A program made the translations under genes and the position numbers. A stretch of DNA of 63,886 nucleotides, the filler included, from Octopus bimaculoides (lineage: Eukaryota), in NCBI RefSeq assembly GCF_001194135.2. It is 4 parts of 4 records of this genome, joined end to end, with 100 filler letters (N's around TTAATTAATTAA, not from the genome) between each part and the next. Parts side by side here need not be neighbours in the genome. Positions count along the whole stretch, not along the records: positions 19,836 to 36,853 come from NC_068981.1; 3 more parts are not named here. One strand, given 5' to 3'. A model generated the notes under the pieces. It ran no database searches. It saw nothing but the letters and a program-made list of their open reading frames with translations, and was not told where the DNA came from. Positions 22,813 to 34,961 of the stretch are shown piece after piece. The stretch's first letter is position 1. Every line of letters starts with the position of its first letter.

Positions 22813-23486
22813 GTATTTATATATGTATGATAGACACATGCGGTTACGGTGTGGGTGGAACAAATTTCATATTCATATTCTGAGTAATGTTATACCTTTT
22901 GTGATGTCATAACTGTTGTATATTATAACCTTGTTATGTATGCATTTTATCATTTTTTTTGTTTGATTTCTATATAAAAAGTTTTATAGGGTTTAATCGC
23001 ACGGGTATTCTTTCTTTTTTATGCACACTTGCTTCTTGTCATGTGCGCTCTTTTTCTCTTTTGAATATTCAAGCCCATAGTTGTGAGACTTTTGTCATAA
23101 AAAACTATTGAGGAAATGTTTGCGTTTTTTCAATTGATTAATGTTTTATCAGGCATGGTAATTCTTTGTTCACAAAAAAATGGATATGTTTCAATTGGCA
23201 TGTTTTTATTAGTTAAATACTCTAAAATGATGGTGAAAAAAAATACAGAATATTTGGCTACAATGGTTTTCCCAAAGGTATTTATTTATTTAGCCAACAA
23301 TTAAGGATATTGTATAAAACTGTGAATGTAAAGTTAGTTATTTGAGGGAAACAAAGTTATGATTCCAACATTCAGAAGTACTCACTACATTTTCTGTTTG
23401 AAGCAGTATTCAAATGTTTCAATGACTTTGTAGATAAGAACCATATTTCCTTCAGTATAGGAATAAAGGTTTCTAATTCTGTCCAG

Positions 23487-23559
23487 ATTGGTACCAGCTA
23501 CACACTCAGATATAAAACATGACGGTTAGAGATCAAACTGATTGCCATGAAGGGCAGAG
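23487..23559 (+). other. Candidate 73-nt exon with stops in all three frames
   Basis: Acceptor ttctaattctgtccag with a CTAAT branch-like motif; donor GAG|gtaaat. Frame 0 has a single TGA at 23520-23522. Confidence 0.3.
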
Positions 23560-23854
23560 GTAAATCTGAACGTTCTTTTTAACTGTAAAGATGAGGATAA
23601 TATATATATATTATAACCATGTTTTAATTCCACTTCACTGCTTTCAAATATTTAAGGCCTGGTGACAATCTAAGAAAGAATTCAGAATAATTTGCGAGTT
23701 TTTAAAATATATTGTCCTATGAAATCGTCACATCACTTCGATGATAATGGTAAAATATTAAGGCGATTTCATAAATTCAAGGTTTTTATTGATAAGGTGA
23801 TAGATTATGAAATTTCTCTTAACAAGTGCATAATCACTGTAATCATGGTTTTAG

Positions 23855-23934
23855 TCAAAGGATGGAGAGTACTTAACCTTTGCAGGGAATCCAGAACTGG
23901 GGAGAGTGAAACAGTATTCAATTTCAACATAACT
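23855..23934 (+). CDS. Candidate exon
   Basis: ggttttag acceptor, ACT|gtacgt donor. Phase 0 reads SKDGEYLTFAGNPELGRVKQYSIST*; phase 1 is open throughout (KGWRVLNLCRESRTGESETVFNFNIT). Confidence 0.3.
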
Positions 23935-24184
23935 GTACGTCTACGTCTGTAGAAACAAAAAATAAAAATATGGGTTGGAACTATTGCCGGATCGTAAATG
24001 CTACATTATACAAACCTGTTCGATTACAGCACTATCCGAACATGAAACCTGAGGCAGCTGACGTATAAATTCTGTGCTTATTAAATGATACTTATCCTTC
24101 ACTGGATTGAGTACAATTTTGCTGACCCCGTCAACAAACGAACAATACACTATACGCATATATGTATTTAAACATGTGCACATA

Positions 24185-24225
<41 letters not shown>

Positions 24226-25684
24226 GTGTATATGGACACATGCATCTATGCAGATACATATATGCATGTACATATATACATATATACATATATATATATA
24301 TGAATGTACACACACATATATGTACTTGTACTTACACAGAGATATGTGAGTAAGTATGTGCATATGTGTCTATACAAAAATACTTGTCATTTAACTGTAT
24401 TCTATGAGACAATGTCTATTTAAATGAATTCTTTAGAATCCATCTCATACTTAACGCTGCTATTAAGTGACTTAACTGTCATCATGATTGTATTTCAAAT
24501 AAATATGCAAGATATATACGCATGCATGCAAATATACAAACATACATCCATACATATATTCACATATACATTCATATATACATAGTTACATATATTTTAT
24601 ATATACATACATACACATACACACACATACATACATACATACATACGTACATACATACATACATAGTACATACATACATACATAATGTGTTCCATGTGTA
24701 CGACAAACAACTGCGTATATCTATATATACACGATGTTTTTATATGAGACAAAGCGTATACACACATTCAAGAAGCCTTCGTCAGAATACTATGAATTTT
24801 CAGCCTCATTAACTTGTATCTGTCTTAACTTCAACGTTAACAATTTGACGCCGTTTATACGAGAACAAAAATGCAGCCAGCCGAAGTGTGAGGGTGATCT
24901 CTACGTGGTTACAGCCTGCTAGAAATAACTGTCTAATCTTCATGCTTGAAAAATATACTCTATCTGAAATACTTTGGGAAGGCGTGGCTGGAATTGCCTT
25001 TTATCTAAGGTGTGTTCGATCTGGGCCGACTTGATGCTGACACCCGATACACACATAAACCAGCACATATAAAAAGTCATCCAAACACACGCTCACACTT
25101 AATCATATACATGTGAAGTGCCTTTTGTATTGTAAGTGTGTGTATTTACTTGTGTTTGCTTGTGTATGTGTGTGTGGCTGTTTGTGTGTTTTTCTTTTTC
25201 AATATATGTGTTTTTGTATATGAGTTTGTGTGTATATGTGATTAAGTGTGCGTGTGCGAATGAGCATCTAATTGTGTTCATGTTTAGAAAAAAAAAACAC
25301 AATTATAGGGACATCTGGCTTGGTCTAGGACACAATAGATTGAGTAAATAAAAGATCTAAAGATAGTTATTAAAATTGTTAAATTACAATGAATATCTTT
25401 CATGCACATACATGCACACACATATACACACACATACACTCATATACATGCACTCATATGCAATTACACATTCACAGATATTTGTTTGAAAAAAAATGGG
25501 TAATGAGTTGTGGATCTGTTATTTGGTTTTAATATAAAAGAGAGAAAGCGGTAAACACGGAAAACAATACATGCATTATCATACGAGACACTATGTCATA
25601 TCTGAGTAAGCGGTTATTAGATTTTTGGAATAGTTTATAACGTGTACAGCTGGATTATTCTGGAACCCGTTTTTTTTTTAATAG

Positions 25685-25761
25685 CTCCGTACTTTCAAAG
25701 ACCAGTATTTAATATGGTGAGATTGTATTATGTTCATACTTCTCTCAATGACTTCTGCAGC
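25685..25761 (+). CDS. Candidate small exon
   Basis: Acceptor ttttttttttaatag, donor AGC|gtaagt (alternative donor ATG|gtgaga at 25717); open frame PYFQRPVFNMVRLYYVHTSLNDFCS. Confidence 0.25.
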
Positions 25762-25857
25762 GTAAGTCAATTCGTTGGTGCTGGAGTCAAAACTGATTTC
25801 CGGATTTCATCTCGACTGCCACTATTTCCACGGTAGAGTACATTTCGATGAAAACTT

Positions 25858-25986
<129 letters not shown>

Positions 25987-26094
25987 CATATACACATATA
26001 TATATGTGTGTGTGTGTATGTATGTATGTATATATGTACGTGTGTGTGTATGTATATATATATATGTATATATTTATGTATATATATATATATT

Positions 26095-26134
<40 letters not shown>

Positions 26135-26222
26135 TACTTCTAATATAAGGATAAGACTTAAAAACAAAATTTTATCAGTGGCCAGCATATCAAAATACCT
26201 TTTAAGATGAAAATTAGAAACA

Positions 26223-26748
26223 ATTATAAATAAGGGCAAAAGAAAAAAAATTCTATGCCAACATGCTGAAAAAATAGACTTTATATCGTCTAACCACATA
26301 CACTATTTTTCACGATAATACACAGCGTGTTGAAACGAGGAAAGCAAGCTAACAGAAATTTTTAAAAATTCCGTTATCACCGAATCGGACCGGTTTCTGG
26401 ATTAATCCAAAAGCATTCTTCCTTCGTCAGTGAGGAACACGATAAGAAGAAATGGAATACTTACATATACTCATAGAAAAAGTCATGAGTATATTTAAGT
26501 ACCCTAAATATATCCCAATAGAAATTCTGTAGCAAGCCACAACACACATGTAGTCGGTCAGTAACTCATGTAGAGTGGTTACCATTCACTTCGGAACTGG
26601 TAACCGCTCTACATGAGTTACTGACCGACTACATATCTGTTGTGGCTTGCAATACATTTAAAAAAAATATTTTATGTGGTTAGACGATATAAAGTCTATT
26701 TTTTCAGCATATTGCATAGATTTTTTTTCTTTTGCCCTTATTTATAAT
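26223..26748. repeat. Nested inverted repeats (outer ~77-bp arms, inner ~53-bp arms)
   Basis: 26223-26300 is the near reverse complement of 26673-26748; 26532-26584 is the near reverse complement of 26598-26650. Confidence 0.9.
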
Positions 26749-27419
26749 ATGTATATATATATTCGCCATGGTGTTGGCGAATATATATATACATGTGTTG
26801 TCCCATTCATAAAAATATTGCTTCTTCATCGGTTCTGGACAGAAAGTCAGAGAGATAGATGCTCTCTGATCAGAAGCAGAATCGAAAGAGAGAAAATTAA
26901 TCTGCTGTTGCGTTTTTATATTTTTCTAACTAAACTAGATCAAGCCAAAATCAAACGAGTTTTCTTCTATATCTGTTTTGATCCATCTATGACCCGTTAA
27001 AGATCAAGAAGTCTACATATTCTCATAAATTTCGTAGTTCGACAGACGAAAATAATAGACCGGTGACCTGTGGAAACAATCTTGTCTAGACTAATGTAAT
27101 ATTATTTCCTATAGATGTGTGTAATATATACTAAACTATAATACTGGAGTGTATTGGGTATGTGTTAATGTAGATATATGTAAGAATGATGTATGCTTAT
27201 TAATACAAATGTGTTTCATATTGATAAGGGTGTATATCGGCAGATGAAAGTGCATTTCTGTGAATGTGATGTATGTACATGCATACAAGCGTGTAAGAGT
27301 TTATACAACACCTTCGGGATAAAGCATATATAAGAATTGTTAGCGGATTTGATATGTTTATCGCTACATATGGTTTACATATCAGTAGGATGTGTATGTA
27401 TGAGAGAAACATCTTTTAC

Positions 27420-27600
27420 TCATAAGACTGCGGCCATGCTGAGGCACCGCCTTGAAGAATTTTGGACGAACAAATCGACCCCAGTACTTATATTCTTAAA
27501 GTGTGGTACATATTCTATCGGACCGTTTTCCTGAACCGCTAGGCTACAGGGATGTAAACATACCAACACACTGGTTGTCAAGCGGTGGGAAGGTGGGGAA
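27420..27600 (-). mobile_element. SINE family B 3' half
   Basis: GACTGCGGCCATGCTG.GGCACCGCC..TCGACCCCAGTACTTA..ATTCTATCGG..GAACCGCTA. Confidence 0.7.
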
Positions 27601-28279
27601 ATGCAGAAACAATGACACACACACACACACACACACAACAGAAACTCACCACAAGAAAGAGAAATATAAGAAGTGTATCTTTCCGCCTACCATATATATA
27701 TACACACACATACATAAATTTCTAATTAGTTATTGGGCAGTCTGTGAATAAACTGGGTCAGTATATAATATATGCTAAATTCCATGCTTGAGAAACACAA
27801 AACTGTAGAAGACATTTGAATCGAATCCGGAACACGCACACACACATACACACACACACACACACATACACACATTTGCATGAGTGTGTATGTAAGCGGA
27901 CGCATGCCATGTATGCATATGATGCCGTTTTTCTTTTCTTTTTTAGCATATTTGCGGTTTACATGAAATATCTGATCCTCTGAAGTGTTAGCATCTGTTT
28001 GTTATGGAATCATGGGAAATGAAAATAATTAAAGAATTCCGGATCACATTAACTTGTTTCAGTCACAATAACTTGTTTCAGCCAAACTGCGGTAACGCTT
28101 TGAAGGGTTTGGCCAAACAATTGACCCTAGTTCTTATGTTTTAATGTTTGTACTTATTCTACTGATCTCTTTAGACCGAGCTTCTCATCTACGAGGCTGT
28201 GAACAAACCACCACCTGTAGCCAAGCGATCGTTGGGAAGAAAATGCAATAACAAAGGTGCACACACGTATCTTTTATGT

Positions 28280-28650
28280 TTTACTCGTTTGAGTCATTAG
28301 GATTAGGGTCAGGGGTAGGGTTAGTGGGGCACCACCTTGAAGAATTTTTAGTCGAATGAATCGACTCCAGAACCTTTTTATTTTAAGCCTGCTACTTATT
28401 CTATCGGTTTCTTTAGCCGAATCGGTAAGTCACAGGAATGTAAGTACACCAACACCAGTTGTCAAACGGTGGTAGAGGACACACACACGACAGACTTCTT
28501 TCAGTTTCTGTCCACCAAACTCGCTTGCAAGGCTTTGGTCGTTTCGAGGCTATAGTAGAAGATACTTGACGAAGTTTCCACACCGTGGGACTGTACCCAG
28601 AACTAAATGGTTCGGATGCAAGCTTCTTACCACACAGTCACACCTACATT
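28280..28650 (-). mobile_element. SINE family B, decayed, nearly full length
   Basis: Collinear reverse-complement similarity to 39885-40272. Confidence 0.7.
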
Positions 28651-29159
28651 TGAATACATAACATATTAATAGTTACGTGACGGGCTTCCACACAGTTTCC
28701 GTTTAACCAAAATCACTCTCAACTCAAAATACTGCAGCCTCGTAGCGTTTAACAACACATTAATTATATGATATTGATAATATATAGAGACAGAAAATTT
28801 AATTCAGTATTGAGAAATCTCTTAGTTTGTTGACTTATATACTTTTCTATTAATGGGTGGATGCCTCGCCTTAAAATTTCAGTCATTAGTTTCGCTATGA
28901 TATAGCTTTTGGGGCAAAGTCGTATAAGATCTATTACTCCACATTTATATGTTGTTACTTAAAAACGAAACTGCAGGATTAGAATTTTTAATTGCTGTTT
29001 TATTATCAGTGGAGACTAGCGTATTATGTTGCTTACTTTTAGTGAGTAAGAATGAAAGATTTTCCGGAAGAAAATGGTTGCTCACAAAATGACAGAATGT
29101 TTTGCTCTTTCTTTTGGCAATTGGACTTTTGTCTTTTATCTTTCGCTTGTTTTAGTAGT

Positions 29160-29300
29160 TTTAGTAGTTTTAGTCGAATAAATCGGCCCCATGATTTATA
29201 ATTTAAAGTCTTGTAATTAATCTGTCGGTATCTTTTGCTGAACCACTAGGTTACGGGGACGTAAACAAATCAACACTGGTTGTCAAGCGGTGATGGAGGA
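29160..29300 (-). mobile_element. SINE family B 3' part
   Basis: CTTTTGCTGAACCACTAGGTTACGGGGACGTAAAC motif. Confidence 0.6.
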
Positions 29301-29366
29301 CAAATGCACACGCACACGTCTGACCATCCGCAAAATCCCAAATTTTATTTTGGTTCGCGGGAGCAA

Positions 29367-29436
<70 letters not shown>

Positions 29437-30797
29437 ATATACATATACGGACACATAATGTAGCTGTATTGCGTACCATGCAGAATATACTCTAAATTTA
29501 TTGAAATTTCTCTCAGAGAAAGAAAACAAAAACCTAACGGCAATGCATAGTTCTCAAAAAGTAACAAATGAGTTTTCAAGGGGATTTTCATGCTCAGGAA
29601 AAAGAGAATCTGATTGTCAGAGAACAAATATAGACCCTATCTGCATTGTTCAGGCTTACCATGCATACCGGACAACTTTATAAACTTTCAGTTACTAAGT
29701 ATTTTTTAACCAGATCTAATTTTCGTGGTGAGAAGTAAAAGATACTAAGAAAAGTAACTCAAGCGGGCGACGGCATGAATTTGGAGTATACTTGATACTT
29801 TTTTAACTTATTGAAACTTCCTTCAGAGTTAGAGAAAAGGAAGGGAATCTAACGACTCTTAAGAGAAGGAGCAGAGCATTTCAGGAAATTAAGAATAACT
29901 CCTTGAGTGGTCTCACGCGCTAAAGGATACACACAGACATATACACACTCTTATATTACAAATACAAATCTGCAGCTTTGTAGCGTACACATACATACAC
30001 TTGCACACATTATGTATTTGTTTGGTCTTTCACTAAAAAAATGCATTGTAGAATTAATATTTTAGATTCAGATAAGAGAGAGTTGAATCATGCATTCACA
30101 ATGAAAGTTAAACAATAAAATATATTTTTCTTTAAAAAAAAAACAAAAAAATAAACATTGAAATGTAAATATATTTTTATAAAAAGTCAGTGAGAATGCA
30201 ACTTTTGTTTCTGGCAAGGGTTTTTGTGCATTTCAACTTAATTTGGAAAGGAGAAAGGCGCACTCGGACGAAACACAGGCACACCCATCTACAGATACAC
30301 AGAAAAAGACGAAAACAGATGCGGCTTAAGTTATATGAGCCATCAAATATCCTTGAAAGAGAAAGAGTTTGTGTGTAGGAACGGGTTAGTTGGTGGAAAA
30401 AGTGGTGTTTATAAACAAATAATCCATTTTGCTTTGTTATGACTATAACATTTGCAGGGCCCGGATCCATTACATCCTCGGATGAACCAAACTAGTTCCT
30501 TTGCAATACATATAGATTCCCAACCACTCCTTATGTATATATAATTTCTATTTTACTGTTTATATTTCTTTCAACTATATTTTCCCCACTCTCACTGCTT
30601 ATTCTTTTCTCGTCATGGTGTTAACGGAATCTAACTCTAATTTATAATCGTATGATAAGTAGGGAGTTAACTAGGCCGATTCAGTTAACTAGGTCAAATG
30701 CATAATGCAGATTTGATCCTGGCGCCATTTTTTATTCCGCGCACACACACGTATCTCTCTCTTCCTCCCCCCCCCTCTCTCTCTCTATCTATCTTAA

Positions 30798-30842
<45 letters not shown>

Positions 30843-31277
30843 CATTATATGTCCCCGAAAGTATGAAAATAACAAAGCTATTCTCGGTGGGATCGGAACG
30901 CAAATTCATTGTTGGGCTTTTTACTTAGTTTCGTGATTTGTTTCCTTGTTTTGCCGTTTGATGTATTACTATTTTGTGTTGTTTGTGTTTTTATTATCTT
31001 GTTTTATTTTCTTTTTGTTTAATCTTTGTTATCACTCCTACTGTTGTAGCTGTTGTTGAATTGGATTTCACTTTTAAGAAGACGATTACTTACGAACCGG
31101 CTAGATGCTTCAAGTTTACGAACATTCATATTCTTCAGGTCTCACTCGGATGTAAATCTATTTGTCGAGATAGAAAGGCCAGCATTGTACATTAGGTCAA
31201 GAAAATGGGGAGTTAGACACATCTGTTCTAGCCTGGGGACTGAAAACGCATTTTGTCTCTAGTTTTTCAAAACTTAC

Positions 31278-31352
31278 CTCTTGACTACGTCCTTCTATAA
31301 AGTATTCCAATTGTAATTTATTGGTGTGGAGTAGTTGGAATTTTGTGGTATC
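31278..31352 (-). CDS. Candidate 75-nt symmetric exon (DTTKFQLLHTNKLQLEYFIEGRSQE)
   Basis: Minus strand gcag|GAT acceptor and GAG|gtaagt consensus donor; only frame 0 is open and length is a multiple of 3. Polypyrimidine tract is weak. Confidence 0.25.
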
Positions 31353-32799
31353 CTGCATTTAGCTGTAACTAATTCTGATTCGGTTCATAAATATTTTGCC
31401 TTTTCTGAAGTGCTATATTTAATTGCGTATTTATATTCATTTAGAAACATCATCTGTGGGGNNNNNNNNNNNNNNNNNNNNNNNNNNNNNNNNNNNNNNN
31501 NNNNNNNNNNNNNNNNNNNNNNNNNNNNNNNNNNNNNNNNNNNNNNNNNNNNNNNNNNNNNNNNNNNNNNNNNNNNNNNNNNNNNNNNNNNNNNNNNNNN
31601 NNNNNNNNNNNNNNNNNNNNNNNNNNNNNNNNNNNNNNNNNNNNNNNNNNNNNNNNNNNNNNNNNNNNNNNNNNNNNNNNNNNNNNNNNNNNNNNNNNNN
31701 NNNNNNNNNNNNNNNNNNNNNNNNNNNNNNNNNNNNNNNNNNNNNNNNNNNNNNNNNNNNNNNNNNNNNNNNNNNNNNNNNNNNNNNNNNNNNNNNNNNN
31801 NNNNNNNNNNNNNNNNNNNNNNNNNNNNNNNNNNNNNNNNNNNNNNNNNNNNNNNNNNNNNNNNNNNNNNNNNNNNNNNNNNNNNNNNNNNNNNNNNNNN
31901 NNNNNNNNNNNNNNNNNNNNNNNNNNNNNNNNNNNNNNNNNNNNNNNNNNNNNNNNNNNNNNNNNNNNNNNNNNNNNNNNNNNNNNNNNNNNNNNNNNNN
32001 NNNNNNNNNNNNNNNNNNNNNNNNNNNNNNNNNNNNNNNNNNNNNNNNNNNNNNNNNNNNNNNNNNNNNNNNNNNNNNNNNNNNNNNNNNNNNNNNNNNN
32101 NNNNNNNNNNNNNNNNNNNNNNNNNNNNNNNNNNNNNNNNNNNNNNNNNNNNNNNNNNNNNNNNNNNNNNNNNNNNNNNNNNNNNNNNNNNNNNNNNNNN
32201 NNNNNNNNNNNNNNNNNNNNNNNNNNNNNNNNNNNNNNNNNNNNNNNNNNNNNNNNNNNNNNNNNNNNNNNNNNNNNNNNNNNNNNNNNNNNNNNNNNNN
32301 NNNNNNNNNNNNNNNNNNNNNNNNNNNNNNNNNNNNNNNNNNNNNNNNNNNNNNNNNNNNNNNNNNTATATAATAAAGTAAAATTTAATTGCCAACATAA
32401 TATGGCTGTCCTGGAAGGGACGTTGTTACTGTTTATTAGCCCCAAGAAACATCGTTTCTAGTTGGCTATACGACACATTATCTGTGTCCTTATATTTTCG
32501 AGCCGGGAATTCAGCATCCACACACAGCATAAAACAACATCTGTGGACTATTTTCAGGGTTATTGAACTTCATCAACACAGAGTAGCTGCTCTGGAAGTG
32601 TCAATATATTTCCTAGTCGGCATAGCTACCGACTCAATTATTTCTGTGGATATTACAAAAATACGGAAATTACTGAGCAGCAAAAAATTGGGGCCAATTC
32701 TCCCATCGTACACGTTGTAAATGTCTGCACTTGATGTTAGTTTCTATTCTTTTATGTTTCATGTTTTGTCTTTATTCATTTGTGAATGGTCATCGAGCT

Positions 32800-33900
32800 T
32801 GTGAGTTTAAAATCTGACCTTCTGCTTCTGTTGTAGCATAGAGCTTTTGAAATATTGTTGACTTTCGTTCCGGCGTACATTCTCTCTGCCGAGTCTAGAA
32901 GTGTATTAGCCACAGAGTATTTTCTTCCTTTTCTAGTGTGTTTTTGAATTGCAGTTTTACTTCGTATTTTGTTTTCTTACCTTTTCTCCTAGTTTGTCTT
33001 ATATCCTTTAATCCAGTGGGACTTACCTACGAGTTTCAACATCACAGTTTTTGTATATTTGTAAAATGTTTTCTTTATGTCATTTAAGACTTTAGTCATT
33101 TCCTTTTGTTTACCTTCAATGTTTTTCTAATCTCACTCTTGAAACCTTATAATAAATAGTTCTCTATTAGTATCAGACCTCGTTAACACTGTGTCTGGAA
33201 TAGGTATATCTTATCCAATCAGCTTTGTGCTGGTAGCTTCGGACCAGCTTTCTATTTCAGTTAACCGCCAATGAAGTATGTTGAAAATGTAGTTTTACGC
33301 TGGAATGGAAAACGTATTTATTTTAATCTTACTTGCAGCATTGAATTCAAGTTTTGATATAAATCTGCCTTCTCTATTTTCGGTTTTCTTTTTCATTTCT
33401 GTGTATTTTATCTTACCAGTACTATCTAATCCTAAGTGTTTGACTGCGTGATTCTGCTCTACTTTGCTGATTTCAAAGTGTTGAACTAATTTAATGTGCT
33501 TCTTTTTATAGAAGCTTTGACACATTTGCCTAACTTTATACTTAATACTATATTCTAGCTGCATTGATGAACAGTTTTCGTGGTTCTCTTTGTGGGTATC
33601 CTGTCATCAATATAGAGCGGATAATGCGTACTGTCCATAGGATTTGTGGCTACTTAATATAATTCAGCAAATGTGGGCAAAGTTTGGGAGAAAAGGATTT
33701 ATTTAAATATAATGTTTCCTAAGAAGGCGGTGTGCTTTTCTACCAAATGTGTTTTGATAATCAGTTCATGTTTCTCCTCTGTTCCACAGTTACACGATTC
33801 GTTTGCATGGCTTGTCTTCAGGGTCATATAGCTATCTCTCCGATACCTTAGATGCACCATTGGCAATGCATTAGGACTTTCCAGATGAGCAACCAGTCAT
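32800..33900 (-). mobile_element. Heavily decayed R4/Dong-like LINE, RT end and post-RT region
   Basis: HYPLYIDD (YMDD-equivalent, ~33605-33630), then KHLGLDSTGKIKYTEMKKK..KLEFNAASKIKINTFSIPA, resembling YKYLG...MK.KI...ELNA.NKI.AINT.AIP of REL-type elements. Confidence 0.55.
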
Positions 33901-34617
33901 AGAATAAAATATTTGTATGTTATTAGAAAGGAAACTAAAGAGGGTTTTGCTTTTCGAAATAACTGTAACCTTTCGGTAGTTCATTCTGGTTCGATAAGCA
34001 ATGATGTGGTGCTTCAGTCTGAAATTAGTGACTTTATCAATTTCAGTTATTTTCCAGTTGCTTGCACGTTGTATCCTTGCTCGTTATTGTGGCGATATTT
34101 GTAGTGTTATTTTATTTTATTTACTTTGCAGGGTTAATAAAATATTTACTAATGGTCCTATGGCGAGTTCAGTCAACGACATCAGCGGTCTTTCAAATTG
34201 CGCGCGCGCGCGTGCGTGCCATATTTGGAAATTAGCATTAATACTGTCGCCTCCACTCTGGTACCAGAGCCAATAAGATGACGGATTAAGTAGCTTGTTG
34301 TCACTTTAGTTATTTTACTTCATGTTCTGAGTTCAAATCCTCCAACTGCAAATCTCACTTTGACTTCCAGCTTTCTGACCAGCTGCAAATCACAGTTCTC
34401 AGAGTTGACCTCTAACATCCAACTCCTTATCAGCAGAAAATTTATTAAAAGATTACCTATGATACGTATCACATGTCTTAGACGCGCTCTGTCTTCGCTG
34501 TCACATACTTAACCTTAGACTCTGAAAACAATATCTGCAGCACTAAGAATAATACCAACAACAACAATAACCACAATAACATCAATACCAGACTTGGAGT
34601 GGTTCTAACCATCAATG

Positions 34618-34652
<35 letters not shown>

Positions 34653-34906
34653 TTATGTTCTACTTTCCACATAAGCGGTTCGTGAGATACCATTAGTGTT
34701 TCAGTTGACACCACTGGGTATTATTTTTGTTTTAATGTTTTCCATTGTTTATTATTTATTTATTTATTTATTTGTTATTTATTTATTTATTTATTTATTT
34801 ATTCATTTATTCGTTCTTTCATTTCTGAGTTATGAGAATTATAACAGATCCAAATTTAGGTATGAAGTTGACCGTCCGCACTAATTTTAATTCGAGCGCT
34901 TGCACA

Positions 34907-34961
<55 letters not shown>

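Noticed and set aside
24016-24149. Minus-strand open stretch VYCSFVDGVSKIVLNPVKDKYHLISTEFIRQLPQVSCSDSAVIEQ with CAG|gtttgt donor
   Set aside because: The acceptor is weak, and splicing to the next strong minus acceptor (~23949) gives an immediate stop. It conflicts with the plus-strand candidates and cannot be supported without RNA data.
34239-34248. TAATACTGTC, the 5' end of miR-8/miR-200-family miRNAs
   Set aside because: Only 10 nt match, the rest diverges, and no precursor hairpin is visible.
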